A DNA stretch of 64,000 bases, from IMG/VR virus record IMGVR_UViG_3300031857_000010, positions 1 through 64,000 of that record; one strand, given 5' to 3'. Position 1 is the stretch's first letter. Each line of letters opens with the position of its first letter. The notes below the pieces were generated by a model, which was not told where the DNA came from, ran no database searches, and saw nothing but the letters and a program-made list of their open reading frames with translations. This document shows positions 1 to 10,259 of the stretch, in pieces. The translations under genes and the position numbers were made by a program.

Positions 1-1
1 A

Positions 2-2251
2 TCAGGAAGTGCAGGTTCATCTGGTACAAGCGGTAGTGCGGGTAGTTCTGGTATAGACGGAAGTTCCGGTTCATCTGGAAGTTCGGGTACATCAGGTAGT
101 GCAGGATCATCTGGTACAAGCGGTAGTGCGGGTAGTTCTGGTACATCAGGAAGTTCTGGTAGTGCAGGAACATCTGGTTCATCTGGAAGTTCGGGTACAA
201 GTGGTAGTTCGGGTAGTTCAGGAACATCTGGTTCATCTGGTAGTTCTGGTACATCTGGATCATCTGGTAGTGCAGGAACTAGCGGTAGTGCAGGTTCATC
301 TGGTACAAGTGGTAGTGCAGGTAGTTCTGGTATAGATGGAAGTTCCGGTTCATCTGGAAGTTCTGGTACATCTGGTTCATCTGGAAGTTCGGGTACAAGT
401 GGTAGTGCAGGTTCTGCTGGTACAAGTGGTAGTGCAGGTAGTTCTGGTGTAAATGGAAGTTCTGGAAGTTCTGGTGTAAATGGAAGTTCAGGATCTTCTG
501 GGGCAGCTGGTACTTCTGGTTCCTCAGGTGTTTCACCTACTTTACCAACTCCTGCTGATTTTATTTGGACTTATGGAAACAGTTATAACACTTCTTTAAA
601 AGTTTTAAGGAATAATTATACATTAAATGTTTATAGTAACTGGAGTATCTTGGCTGGAAGAAGTAATTCGATTGCTCAGTTTGCTGATCATGCTGGAATA
701 TTAGCCGGTAGAGACAACACTATAACATCAACTACATATAGACCAAGTCAATACGCTTTAATATTCGGAGGAAATCAAAGTAAAATTAAGAGATCATCTA
801 AAAATTCAGGTATATTCAATGGATATAAAAACTACATAGGAAATAATGATGACATTTACTTTAATACAACCAAATACAATAATATTACAACTGGAAAGTT
901 AAATAGAATAAATATAAATTTTGTTCCTACTCCTCAAGATAATATTAACATTGATTATAATTTAATTTCAAACGGTATTGGTAATAAAATTTATGCTACA
1001 GCCCATACTCAAAGAAACTTTATAGTAAACGGATACCAAAACTTTTTAGGTTCTGCAAAAGCAAGTTTTATAGATAATGGTGCATACAATAAAATAGAAT
1101 TAAACATAAGAGGATATAAAAACAATTCTGATTATTTCAACGTATACAATAGTGTTTATAGTAAATATCATTTTATAAACAATGGATATAGTAACTTAAT
1201 TTCGGATTACCTAAGAATATATAAAGTAGATACTAATCAAAAATTCGAAATTAAAGGAAGATCAAACAGTATATTAAACGGGACTGATAACGAGATATAT
1301 GGTGGATTAAGTTTTATTACAGATGAAAATGCTACAACAACTTCTTCGCAATCATATTTTAATACTGTTGAAAATGGAAAGCAAAATAAAATCGTAGCTT
1401 CAGGAAAAACAAATTATAATTTCATACAAAATGGTTTACAAAATACAGTAAATAACACTACTAATTCTGGAATTTTAAATGGGTATAAAAATAGAATAAT
1501 ACAAATAATCAATGCAGATATTGATGGAAGGGCAGCCAATAATCTATTAAATAAATATAATAGTATTGGTAATGGAAATAGTAATTTAATTTCTGGACAA
1601 AATAAAGCAAATTCTGATTATACTTCTAAATACAACACTGTAGCTAATGGTAGATTAAATAAAATAGAAGCTACTTCATATAGAGGATATAGTGCAAATA
1701 CAGAATATAATTTTATTGCAAATGGAAGAGGAAATGAAATTTATGCAGCAAAATTTTCTGGTATTTTGGGTGGATCTGGACACACTATTCGTTTTAATCA
1801 TTCTGTTATACTTGGAGGTACAAATCTCACATCAACAAGAGATGAAGAAGCTAGAGTTAAGAATTTAACTATTACAAATCAAGTTCTTGGTGGAGATAGA
1901 TTTTTAACTATTGACTCTGCAACAGGTTATGTTTATTATACGGGAACTACTGGAGGGGGTAGTGGTTCTGGAACTTCTGGTTCAAGTGGTAGTTCTGGAA
2001 TTAATGGAAGTTCAGGATCTTCTGGTAGCTCTGGGGCAAGCGGAAGCTCAGGTTCATCAGGAAGTGCTGGAGAAAGTGGAAGCTCAGGTTCATCAGGAAG
2101 CACTGGGGCAAGTGGAAGCTCAGGTTCATCAGGAAGTACTGGAGCAAGTGGAAGTTCAGGATCTTCTGGTAGTTCTGGTGCAAATGGTTCATCAGGAAGT
2201 TCTGGTGCAAGCTTTCAACAAATGTTAATAATAACATCATTAGGAGTGTAA
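2..2251 (+). CDS. Tail/virion fibre-like protein, 5'-truncated, with two Gly-X-Y Ser-rich tracts and a central Asn-Gly beta-helix-like region
   Basis: The frame of the called ORF 650..2251 stays open back to position 2 (SGSAGSSGTSG...GVSPTLPTPADFIWTYGNSYNTSLKVLRNNYTLNVYSNWSILAGRS), so the TTG at 650 is internal. At least 749 aa. Confidence 0.8.
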   Translation, partial: SGSAGSSGTSGSAGSSGIDGSSGSSGSSGTSGSAGSSGTSGSAGSSGTSGSSGSAGTSGSSGSSGTSGSSGSSGTSGSSGSSGTSGSSGSAGTSGSAGSSGTSGSAGSSGIDGSSGSSGSSGTSGSSGSSGTSGSAGSAGTSGSAGSSGVNGSSGSSGVNGSSGSSGAAGTSGSSGVSPTLPTPADFIWTYGNSYNTSLKVLRNNYTLNVYSNWSILAGRSNSIAQFADHAGILAGRDNTITSTTYRPSQYALIFGGNQSKIKRSSKNSGIFNGYKNYIGNNDDIYFNTTKYNNITTGKLNRININFVPTPQDNINIDYNLISNGIGNKIYATAHTQRNFIVNGYQNFLGSAKASFIDNGAYNKIELNIRGYKNNSDYFNVYNSVYSKYHFINNGYSNLISDYLRIYKVDTNQKFEIKGRSNSILNGTDNEIYGGLSFITDENATTTSSQSYFNTVENGKQNKIVASGKTNYNFIQNGLQNTVNNTTNSGILNGYKNRIIQIINADIDGRAANNLLNKYNSIGNGNSNLISGQNKANSDYTSKYNTVANGRLNKIEATSYRGYSANTEYNFIANGRGNEIYAAKFSGILGGSGHTIRFNHSVILGGTNLTSTRDEEARVKNLTITNQVLGGDRFLTIDSATGYVYYTGTTGGGSGSGTSGSSGSSGINGSSGSSGSSGASGSSGSSGSAGESGSSGSSGSTGASGSSGSSGSTGASGSSGSSGSSGANGSSGSSGASFQQMLIITSLGV
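5..535 (+). repeat. Gly-X-Y coding repeat, about 59 triplets (GSS/GTS/GSA), with ~90-bp near-exact internal duplications
   Basis: Gly codons in 9-bp phase at every checkpoint (5, 95, 185, 275, 365, 455, 482-527). Bases 1-52 closely match 91-142. Confidence 0.92.
1970..2212 (+). repeat. Second Gly-X-Y tract, 27 triplets, including a 36-bp tandem repeat x3 (2042-2149)
   Basis: GTS GSS GSS GIN ... GAS. The unit ggaagctcaggttcatcaggaag-N13 occurs at 2042, 2078 and 2114. Confidence 0.92.
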
Positions 2252-2256
2252 AAATT

Positions 2257-3159
2257 ATGATAATAGATTCAACAACAGATTCAATAAATGTTTTATTGTC
2301 GGGTAATGTAATAACATCGCAATTGGATATAATATCCTCTTATAATACTATAACTACAACATCTTTAACTCCGGGAAAATTTCAAGGTACAACTAATAAT
2401 TTAACACCAGTTACCATTGTTCCCTCTCCCGGTGTCAACCAACAAAATCAACTGAGATTTTGTTCTATATATAATAATGATAGTACAAACGCTACTGTAA
2501 CAATTCAATATAGTGGAAATGCGGGACAATCAATTATATTTATATCTAGTATTGATGCTGGAGATTCCATTCAATTTACTCATGATAAGGGTTGGGGGAC
2601 TTATGGTGCAGAAGGGGAGCAAAGAGTTTTGGGAATGAATGATGCTCCCGGAGAATTAAGATTTCCAATAAATCTTAAACCAATAAATTTAACAGATATA
2701 TTAACCTTGGCATCAGGTACAGATTATGGCTTTCATTTAGGAGAGGCAGATAGGGCTTATTCCAAAGTTAGTATTAGGTATAACGTTGTGAGTAATCCCA
2801 CTCCAACAACTTATGCTGAAGTTGCTATATATAAAACTCAATTTAAATTAGCTTCAGCAACTACTGTAGTAAATCTATGTGGATTTGCTGATATATCTGG
2901 AGTTATAAATACGACCGGAAACAAAACAACAACTATTAATGTTACAGGAATAACAGAAAACGATGATTTATTTGTTGTATTTGGAACTGTTCATACTGGA
3001 ACATTTACATTAAGAGCTGGTTTGGTTGATTCATTAGAGTCCGGTGGAGCAGGTTCAGTAGCTGGAAGCTTAAGACCTTCAACAAATTCAAGTTTAACAC
3101 TAAACACTTCCGGTGTTTTAAATATTCCTTGGATTGCATATCAACCATCTCAATGGTAA
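2257..3159 (+). CDS. Fibre-associated beta-rich protein, paralog 1 of 3
   Basis: 300 aa, Thr/Ser/Asn-rich. Shares the N-terminus (MIIDSTTDSINVLL), SGTDYxFxLGxADR and RPSTNSSL with its neighbours. Confidence 0.65.
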   Translation: MIIDSTTDSINVLLSGNVITSQLDIISSYNTITTTSLTPGKFQGTTNNLTPVTIVPSPGVNQQNQLRFCSIYNNDSTNATVTIQYSGNAGQSIIFISSIDAGDSIQFTHDKGWGTYGAEGEQRVLGMNDAPGELRFPINLKPINLTDILTLASGTDYGFHLGEADRAYSKVSIRYNVVSNPTPTTYAEVAIYKTQFKLASATTVVNLCGFADISGVINTTGNKTTTINVTGITENDDLFVVFGTVHTGTFTLRAGLVDSLESGGAGSVAGSLRPSTNSSLTLNTSGVLNIPWIAYQPSQW

Positions 3160-3171
3160 AAAAAATAAATT

Positions 3172-4110
3172 ATGGTATTAGACGCAACAACAGATTCGCT
3201 TGAAGTTATATTATCAACGGCACACTCAGTAAGACCGCTGCAATTTTATGTATCTTATAATACTATTAATGTAACCAATTCGACAATAGTTCCCACAAAA
3301 AGTTTTGGTTCAACAAATGGTATTACATCTGTAACTATGGTTTCTGCACCATCATCTAACGAAGTAGATCAAGTAAAATTTCTTTCAATTTACAACTGTG
3401 ATAATAGACAAAATACTGTTACTGTAAGGATAAATTCATCATCTAATTTTAGAATATTATTTTCAATTCAATTGCTTAGTGGAGAGCAACTTCAATACAC
3501 AATTGCTGATGGTTTTAAAGTTTTTAATATGGATGGTATTTTAAAAACTGCAAATGCAACAGTTGGAAGTGCCGGAGTTAAATATGCTGTTTTACCTAAT
3601 CCATACTCTAATGGAACACAAACAATAACCAGTGGAACTGATTATGCATTTTATTTGGGAAAAGCAGATAGAAGATATGATTCTGTAACAATTCAATTAG
3701 CTGTTACTACAGCACTTGGAGCTACAATAACATGGGCAGAAGCAGCAATATATAAAGGTTATCCAGAAATTGCAACAAATTTGACTTTGACCAGATGTGG
3801 ATTTGTCGATGTTTCGACTGGTACAAACCACGGCGTAAATGCTACTGGAGGTAAAACTATTGTTATACCAATAGGTGATGGTAATCTTTCTGTTGGAGAG
3901 GATATTTGGTTTGTTATAGGGACTGTTACAAGTGGTACGGCTTTAGTTCTAAGATCTGTTGGGGCTGGTGGTGTAGATACTATAGGTGCAGGCATTGTTC
4001 AAACAGTAACCGGAAGTTTTAGACCATCAACAAATTCATCACTTTCTTTTACACTTCAAACAGCAGTCCAACCAGTACAAGTTGCTTGGTTTGGTGCTAT
4101 TAATGTTTAA
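3172..4110 (+). CDS. Fibre-associated beta-rich protein, paralog 2 of 3
   Basis: 312 aa. MVLDATTDSLEVIL, SGTDYAFYLGKADR, RPSTNSSL. Confidence 0.65.
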   Translation: MVLDATTDSLEVILSTAHSVRPLQFYVSYNTINVTNSTIVPTKSFGSTNGITSVTMVSAPSSNEVDQVKFLSIYNCDNRQNTVTVRINSSSNFRILFSIQLLSGEQLQYTIADGFKVFNMDGILKTANATVGSAGVKYAVLPNPYSNGTQTITSGTDYAFYLGKADRRYDSVTIQLAVTTALGATITWAEAAIYKGYPEIATNLTLTRCGFVDVSTGTNHGVNATGGKTIVIPIGDGNLSVGEDIWFVIGTVTSGTALVLRSVGAGGVDTIGAGIVQTVTGSFRPSTNSSLSFTLQTAVQPVQVAWFGAINV

Positions 4111-4122
4111 AAATAAATAAAA

Positions 4123-5037
4123 ATGCTAATAGATAATACCAATGAAACAATTGAACTAGTACTTGCTGCTAGTGTTACGACAAATCAGGCAACATTTTCT
4201 TGTTCATTTAATGAATTTTCATCTAATACGTTTTCAGGGAATGAAACTAATGGTACAAGTAATAATACCACAGCGGTGACTTTAGTAGCAAGTCCTTCAT
4301 CAGGTTTTCAAAGACAAGTTAGAGAATTAATTATTGAAAATAATGATACCGCTTCGATTACAGTCACCATAAGATTTAATAATACATCGGTTACTAGAAT
4401 AATTATGAAAGCTATATTAGCAGTTGGAGATAGTTTAACTTATTCAGCACATGACGGTTGGAATTGTAAAGATACAAACGGAGGAATTAGATTTTATAAC
4501 ATACATATCAATCCAACTGGAAGTGTTAGAGGTCCTGAATTTTTTCCAGTTTCTGCTGCTGCTACGACTACAACTTTAGGTGCGAATGTTGCAGGTCAAT
4601 ATTTGGGTAAAGCTGAAAAGGCATATTCATCAATCGATTTTAGGTATAGAGTTGATACGGCTATTGCTGGTACTCAAACATTTTCTGAACTGGCTGTTTA
4701 TAGGATTTCAAATAGAATGAGCATAGGAACACAACAAGTATGGACAAGATTGGGTTTTACAAACTGTGCTGCTGTATGGAATTCCACCGGTTTAAAAACA
4801 ACTAATGTTGCTCTTACAGGTTGTAGAACAGGTGATGATTTATATGTAATTTGGGCAAGTAATAATACTACATCTATGGCACCAAGAAGTGGCAACTATG
4901 CTGATCCAATAAGTTCAATATTACAAGTTACAACAACAACCGTAGCAAGCTGGAGACCAAGCACATCACCTCTATATCAAGCTACAAGTTTTACTGCAGC
5001 TGCATCAGCTGTATGGGTCTTGTGGCAAGGAAATTAA
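4123..5037 (+). CDS. Fibre-associated beta-rich protein, paralog 3 of 3
   Basis: 304 aa. MLIDNTNETIELVL, YLGKAEKAYSSI, RPSTSPL. Confidence 0.65.
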   Translation: MLIDNTNETIELVLAASVTTNQATFSCSFNEFSSNTFSGNETNGTSNNTTAVTLVASPSSGFQRQVRELIIENNDTASITVTIRFNNTSVTRIIMKAILAVGDSLTYSAHDGWNCKDTNGGIRFYNIHINPTGSVRGPEFFPVSAAATTTTLGANVAGQYLGKAEKAYSSIDFRYRVDTAIAGTQTFSELAVYRISNRMSIGTQQVWTRLGFTNCAAVWNSTGLKTTNVALTGCRTGDDLYVIWASNNTTSMAPRSGNYADPISSILQVTTTTVASWRPSTSPLYQATSFTAAASAVWVLWQGN

Positions 5038-7397
5038 AATATAATTTTATTAATTTTATCTATTACCATATTTGAAGTAATTGATTTGGTACATTCAAAT
5101 TGTCTTGAAGTTCCTTTATGTCTTGGGCACCAATTCCAGTCAGCAGGATCTAATCTAAAATCATTGAAACATCCATTGCAAGTTTTAGTCTGATCTTCTA
5201 CAAACACTCGTTCACAATCTGTCATTTCGCAAATAGGTCTAGAAAAACCACTTATTAATACAGTTGGTTTATTCAATGACCAAGATAACCATGATAAACC
5301 ACTGCCCAATCCAATAAAACCTTCTGAGTGATAAATATAATTACATATTTCTTGAATAGTCTTACCATCTATTTTAATTACACCTTTAGGGTTTTTATTT
5401 CCCATATAATTATCAGGTTCTTTTGATAAAAGAAAAACTTCATAATCATTAGATTTCAAATAGTCAACAACTTCTTGCCAGCCGTTTGGATTATTCCAAT
5501 ATTTAGATTGAGCTGTGGAATGATTAGCAATACAAAAATATTTTTTATTAGTTGGTCTTTCAGATGGAGTAAAATCTATTTTTGGTTTTATTTCTTTGAA
5601 TTCTAATCCCAAAATATCACAAGCTGTTTTTTGTAGATGTTGATCTCTGAAATTAAAAGGATTTTTTGATGATACTATTTCGTTTTTATCATCATAAAAC
5701 CAACCTATAGTAAACATTTTATATAGATTATGAACTACTGATCCCGGTTGAACAAATTCTATTTCTGGATAATTTTTTTCAAAAAAACTATTATGGAAAG
5801 TTGAACATATTACTTTACAATTATTTTTTATTCTAAACTCTTCAACTTGTGGAAACCAAGCGATTGTGTCTCCCAGTGATGAGGAATCTAAGTGTATATA
5901 TATACGTTGATTTTCAAATGATGGTTTAATGATATGAGTTTTACCTTCAAGTTTATATTGTATATAAAAATCTCTATGATATTCTCTGTTCAACTGAGCG
6001 AACATATTATTTCTTAAAGTGGTTTCGTATAAAAGATCATTTGTTTCATTGTCAAAAAATCTGAATTTCACTTCAAATTTTTCTTCGCATTTTAAATCTA
6101 TTCTTGGTTCTTTAAAATATGAAAATAAAACTTCTGTTTTTGTTTTTTTATTTTCTTTAATTGAAATTGGTGTTTTTTCATAAACATCAATTAGTGTATC
6201 TTTAAGATTCATGTTTTCTTTTTTTTCATTATTTGATCCTTTATCAAGTTCAATAAAAGAAGCTCTAAAGTTTTGGTAATTAAAATAAATTGGAATTTTG
6301 TTTTGTATTTTTTGTTTAATCAATTCTAAATTATTTATGCCACTTCTATTGTTATTGTGTAGGTGAGTGTTATCAGAAAAATAATTTATTTTACAATTTA
6401 TATTAGAAGCAATTTCATATATAGTTTCGGCATCATCAAATGAATTTATTCTTAAAAAAGCATAATCCAAATCAATATATTCATCAAAATAAAGATCATG
6501 ATCAAAAAAAAGAATTTTTAGTTTTTCATTTTGTTTTTCATTGTAATTGAAATTAAAGAAACCTATTTTTTTTCTTGAATTTTCCCAGTTTAATGGACTT
6601 ATATATGTTGATTCGGCAGCTTCGTATATATCATCAAAGAATGTGTTTTTTCTCGGATATTCAATATTTGAATTTTTTCTTCTTTCTTTTGCTTCTTTTA
6701 TGAGAACAACCTCACCTCTTATATTCCAATTTCTAAAATTTTCAGAATCATAATGTTGTCTAGCCAAATAAACTGTTCTAGGAATAGTCAACCATTTTCC
6801 TTTTTCTTCGAGATTAATTAACCATTGAGCATCATTAGAAGTACATATTTCATTATCTTCATGTACTTTAAAATTAAGTTCTGGTAAATTTCTAAATATT
6901 CTTAAGTAGCCAAAAATTCCACTTCTTTCTGGTGTCAATCTTTCAAATGCTTCTAAAAATGAATTATTATCTCTTGATATATAAACATTGTCAACAAATC
7001 TTTCTAAAAAATTTTCTTTAGAGGAAGGTAATGAATCTTGATATTTATTAGCATTAAAATGTAGAAAAATAACTTCTGGAAATTTTTCAAAATAAAAAAC
7101 AATCTTTTCAAATGTATTTGGTAAAATTTTATCATCACCATCAATTGGACATACTATGTCTCCGGTAGCATGTAGTTGTGGATTCCACCAAATTTCTTTT
7201 TTATAATTTGGTTTTTTTAATTTTATTCTGTTATCTAGTCTTGAAAGTTCTTCGAGAATTTTACCTGTATTGTCTGAAGAAAAATCGTCAGCTATAATCC
7301 ATTCCCAATTATTATATCTTTGAGACAGAATTGAACTTGCTAATTCTTGGATATATTTTTCAGAATTATAAAAGGAAGTTATTATAGATAATTTCAT
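5034..7397 (-). CDS. GT2 glycosyltransferase fused to an AAH/TibC-like (autotransporter O-heptosyltransferase family) domain
   Basis: N-terminal GT2 motifs (SIITSFYN, IADDFSSD, PIDGDD). C-terminal IHLDSSSLGDTIAW, FIGLGSGLSWLSW, VLISGFS and the four-Cys motif CNGC...WCPRHKG...FEC characteristic of the AAH/TibC family. Confidence 0.8.
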   Translation of the reverse strand: MKLSIITSFYNSEKYIQELASSILSQRYNNWEWIIADDFSSDNTGKILEELSRLDNRIKLKKPNYKKEIWWNPQLHATGDIVCPIDGDDKILPNTFEKIVFYFEKFPEVIFLHFNANKYQDSLPSSKENFLERFVDNVYISRDNNSFLEAFERLTPERSGIFGYLRIFRNLPELNFKVHEDNEICTSNDAQWLINLEEKGKWLTIPRTVYLARQHYDSENFRNWNIRGEVVLIKEAKERRKNSNIEYPRKNTFFDDIYEAAESTYISPLNWENSRKKIGFFNFNYNEKQNEKLKILFFDHDLYFDEYIDLDYAFLRINSFDDAETIYEIASNINCKINYFSDNTHLHNNNRSGINNLELIKQKIQNKIPIYFNYQNFRASFIELDKGSNNEKKENMNLKDTLIDVYEKTPISIKENKKTKTEVLFSYFKEPRIDLKCEEKFEVKFRFFDNETNDLLYETTLRNNMFAQLNREYHRDFYIQYKLEGKTHIIKPSFENQRIYIHLDSSSLGDTIAWFPQVEEFRIKNNCKVICSTFHNSFFEKNYPEIEFVQPGSVVHNLYKMFTIGWFYDDKNEIVSSKNPFNFRDQHLQKTACDILGLEFKEIKPKIDFTPSERPTNKKYFCIANHSTAQSKYWNNPNGWQEVVDYLKSNDYEVFLLSKEPDNYMGNKNPKGVIKIDGKTIQEICNYIYHSEGFIGLGSGLSWLSWSLNKPTVLISGFSRPICEMTDCERVFVEDQTKTCNGCFNDFRLDPADWNWCPRHKGTSRQFECTKSITSNMVIDKINKIIF

Positions 7398-7423
7398 TTA
7401 TATAATTTTATTTATTTAAAACA

Positions 7424-8905
7424 TTAAAAATTCTTGAGTTTTTTATTTTTAATCTTAATTGCAAAGTTATCCATTTTTAAATTAAAAGGGATTTTATTCA
7501 CAAAAAACTGAGTTAATCTATATTGTCCAAAATTTATTCTTAATTCATATAATTCATTTTCTTTAAGAGGTGAACTTGGAACCATATAAAAAGAGTTATT
7601 TTTTATTCTACACCCAGAAATTACAACTCCATTTTTATTATGTACAGTTGCCATTATAAATAAATTTTTTTCACATAAAAATTCAAATCTTATATAATTT
7701 TCTTCCACGTTAATTAAAAATGTAGAATTTACAAATTCTTCACTCTCTAAATATTCATTTTTGACAAATGAAATTTTAACTGCATTATCTGCTAACCAAG
7801 TTTTACCAAAAGAATGGTCACAATTTAACCAAGTTTTTTCAATATCTGGTCTAGATTTATAATCTATTAATTTTTTCTCTGTTTCACAATCTTTTGATAA
7901 AGTCCAATCTGTTTCGGTATAACTATTGTAATTTTGATTTTCACCAACCCTTAACCATTTTTCTTCGAATTGAGTGTGAGATAATCCTCTAAAAATTCCC
8001 CATGAGCTGACACGAGGTAAACATATTGATTCATTACCCCTTTCGAAAAAAGAAATATTATTCATTTTTAATCTAAAAAACCAATCTAAATCTTCACACT
8101 CACCTCCAATAAATCTTTCATCCATCAAGCCAATTTTTCTAAACAATTGTTTTGAACAACCAAAAAGTCCAAAATTAACCTCTGAAACAAATGCATAACC
8201 AGAACACAAGAGAACTAAAAGATTTTCTATAATTTCAAACGTTGTATTTACTCTTGGATGAATCCAAAAAATAAATTCACTATCATGCATACAAAATACA
8301 GACTCATTTATAATTTGAGAAAAAGAATTGTATGTGCCTGACCAAATTTCATTTCTAAACCATGTTTCATAAACAAAATTATTTTTTACACAATCTTTTA
8401 GAATTATTTTTTCATTTTCATAATTATTTTTACCTAAAAAAGCTAAACCTATTTTCGATGGTTTTAATTGACGAGCTTTAAGGAATTTGAAGTATTTATC
8501 AGTTACATCGTTCAAAAATGATATTTTTTGAGTTCCATTAAATATTAATATTAAATTTTTTTGATCTGTAATATTTATTTTAAAAGATGTTATATCAATT
8601 AAATCTTTTAATTTATTCTCAATTAAAAAATATTCTTCATTGTTTTCTGTAATAATAGCTATTGATCCCCAAAGGTTAATTTTATTTATCAAACTATGTA
8701 TGTCATTATTTTCATTATCTGATAAATCTTTAAATTTTATTATTATCAAATCAAATTTATGATTCAAAGAATTATAATAAATTTCACTTGATTGATTGCT
8801 GTAATCCTTTTTATTTTCTAAAATTGAATTTTTGTCTAAAATTTTTGAATAATTTAATAAATTACAAGTTGTAATAAGTAATTCTTTGATAAATATATAA
8901 TTCAT
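7424..8905 (-). CDS. Glycosyltransferase-like protein (GT-A/GT7C-like core)
   Basis: LFRKIGLMDERFIGGECEDLDWFFRL resembles the GT2/GT7 C-terminal motif. Lies in a glycosylation operon. Confidence 0.55.
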   Translation of the reverse strand: MNYIFIKELLITTCNLLNYSKILDKNSILENKKDYSNQSSEIYYNSLNHKFDLIIIKFKDLSDNENNDIHSLINKINLWGSIAIITENNEEYFLIENKLKDLIDITSFKINITDQKNLILIFNGTQKISFLNDVTDKYFKFLKARQLKPSKIGLAFLGKNNYENEKIILKDCVKNNFVYETWFRNEIWSGTYNSFSQIINESVFCMHDSEFIFWIHPRVNTTFEIIENLLVLLCSGYAFVSEVNFGLFGCSKQLFRKIGLMDERFIGGECEDLDWFFRLKMNNISFFERGNESICLPRVSSWGIFRGLSHTQFEEKWLRVGENQNYNSYTETDWTLSKDCETEKKLIDYKSRPDIEKTWLNCDHSFGKTWLADNAVKISFVKNEYLESEEFVNSTFLINVEENYIRFEFLCEKNLFIMATVHNKNGVVISGCRIKNNSFYMVPSSPLKENELYELRINFGQYRLTQFFVNKIPFNLKMDNFAIKIKNKKLKNF

Positions 8906-9697
8906 TTATAAATATTTTTTTTTAAAGTATATCATAGATAAAATTTGCATATCTAGACTTGGTAAATTAATATCACTTTCTAGACATTTGTTTATGTTTT
9001 TTTTATTAAGAACGGGATTTATTTTTTTATTTAAATGTAGAAAATTATTAAATTTTGATAGTAATTGATATTTGCTTAATTTTTCTGAGCCTACTTGAAT
9101 TACATTTTCAAAATTTTCAGGATTTTCTATAATAAATTCACAAATTTCAGCCCACTGCAATGTAGTTATTCCATTCCAAAAAACATTAGTAAATCCATCA
9201 ATTATTTGTCTTTCATTATTAACAAACCAATTCCAAAGAGAAAAATTAGAATTTTTTTCTGGTCCAACGATAGAAGTTCTTATTTGCTTTACATTTTTAT
9301 AGTTTTTCTCTAAGAACAATGATCCATATGCTTTGGATGAACCATAATTATCTTCAGCATTTCTTATTGTTTTTTTTGAATAAAATCCATTTTCTTCAAT
9401 ATTACCATTAAACTCACAATCTGTGCTAGGATGAATGATCAATCCATTAAAATTATCAGCCAACCATATTGGAAGCATGATGTTAATCGTTAAGTAATCA
9501 TTAAGTTTTGGATTTTTTTGAGGAATAATTCCTATGCAATTAATTAATACATCAGCTTCAGAATTTTTAATTTTCAGTTTAAAATTTTCATCAGGCCATT
9601 TCAAATCTAATGTATCAACTTTGAAACCTTTGATTTTAAAATAACTTAAAACAACATGGCCTAACATACCATTGTGGCCCAATATTAAAATTTTCAT
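8906..9697 (-). CDS. RmlD-like SDR nucleotide-sugar reductase
   Basis: GHNGMLG Rossmann motif, INCIG, YGSSK catalytic YxxxK, IRTSIVGPE, WNGITT. Confidence 0.75.
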   Translation of the reverse strand: MKILILGHNGMLGHVVLSYFKIKGFKVDTLDLKWPDENFKLKIKNSEADVLINCIGIIPQKNPKLNDYLTINIMLPIWLADNFNGLIIHPSTDCEFNGNIEENGFYSKKTIRNAEDNYGSSKAYGSLFLEKNYKNVKQIRTSIVGPEKNSNFSLWNWFVNNERQIIDGFTNVFWNGITTLQWAEICEFIIENPENFENVIQVGSEKLSKYQLLSKFNNFLHLNKKINPVLNKKNINKCLESDINLPSLDMQILSMIYFKKKYL

Positions 9698-9700
9698 TAT

Positions 9701-10252
9701 TTAGTAAATTAATTGTTTAAATCTACTGATTTTTTTTACCATGGTAACGCCCGGATTAAATGGTAGTGTTAGAATTTCAAAATCGTCAATTAAATTTTTT
9801 TTAATAAATAAAGGGGTTTTATATGCATCATTACAAAAACCCGGATCAAACATGTAAGGGTCATAAGGGTATGTATCATGAAAGAATATGAATCCATCTT
9901 CTATAATGTGTTTTGAGGCATTCATAAAATCTTTTAAAGATTGTTCATGTGAATGATCAGCATCAATAAAAATCATATCAAACTTAATGTTGGGATCTAG
10001 TTCTTCAAAAAATTTGTCTGTTGTCATTTGAAAATATTTCATATTACCTTTTAAGTTAAATGGACATGATGATGTGTCTACTCCCCAAGACTCTTGACAA
10101 AATTCAGAAATTGGATTAAAATTTCTTCCATCTCTCACACCAAGCTCTAAATATCTTTCAGGTTTTAAGTATGAACATATAAATGAAAAATAAGATACAT
10201 GATCAAATGTTTCAAGTGGTGGTGGTACGTTTCTTAAGTGTATTGGTTTCAT
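9701..10252 (-). CDS. Class I SAM-dependent methyltransferase (Methyltransf_24-like)
   Basis: YLELGV, FDMIFIDADHSHEQSLKDF, FHDTYP. Confidence 0.8.
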   Translation of the reverse strand: MKPIHLRNVPPPLETFDHVSYFSFICSYLKPERYLELGVRDGRNFNPISEFCQESWGVDTSSCPFNLKGNMKYFQMTTDKFFEELDPNIKFDMIFIDADHSHEQSLKDFMNASKHIIEDGFIFFHDTYPYDPYMFDPGFCNDAYKTPLFIKKNLIDDFEILTLPFNPGVTMVKKISRFKQLIY

Positions 10253-10259
10253 ATTTTTT

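Noticed and set aside
650-652. TTG start for the fibre gene
   Set aside because: The frame is open back to position 2, so the gene starts before the window.
99-2240. ORFs 99..335, 279..536, 1911..2228 and 2001..2240
   Set aside because: Alternative-frame or antisense shadows of the Gly-Ser repeats. The real frame is 2..2251.
2257-5037. Diversity-generating retroelement acting on the three paralogs
   Set aside because: No reverse transcriptase in the window and no near-identical template/variable repeat pair with adenine-specific differences was seen.
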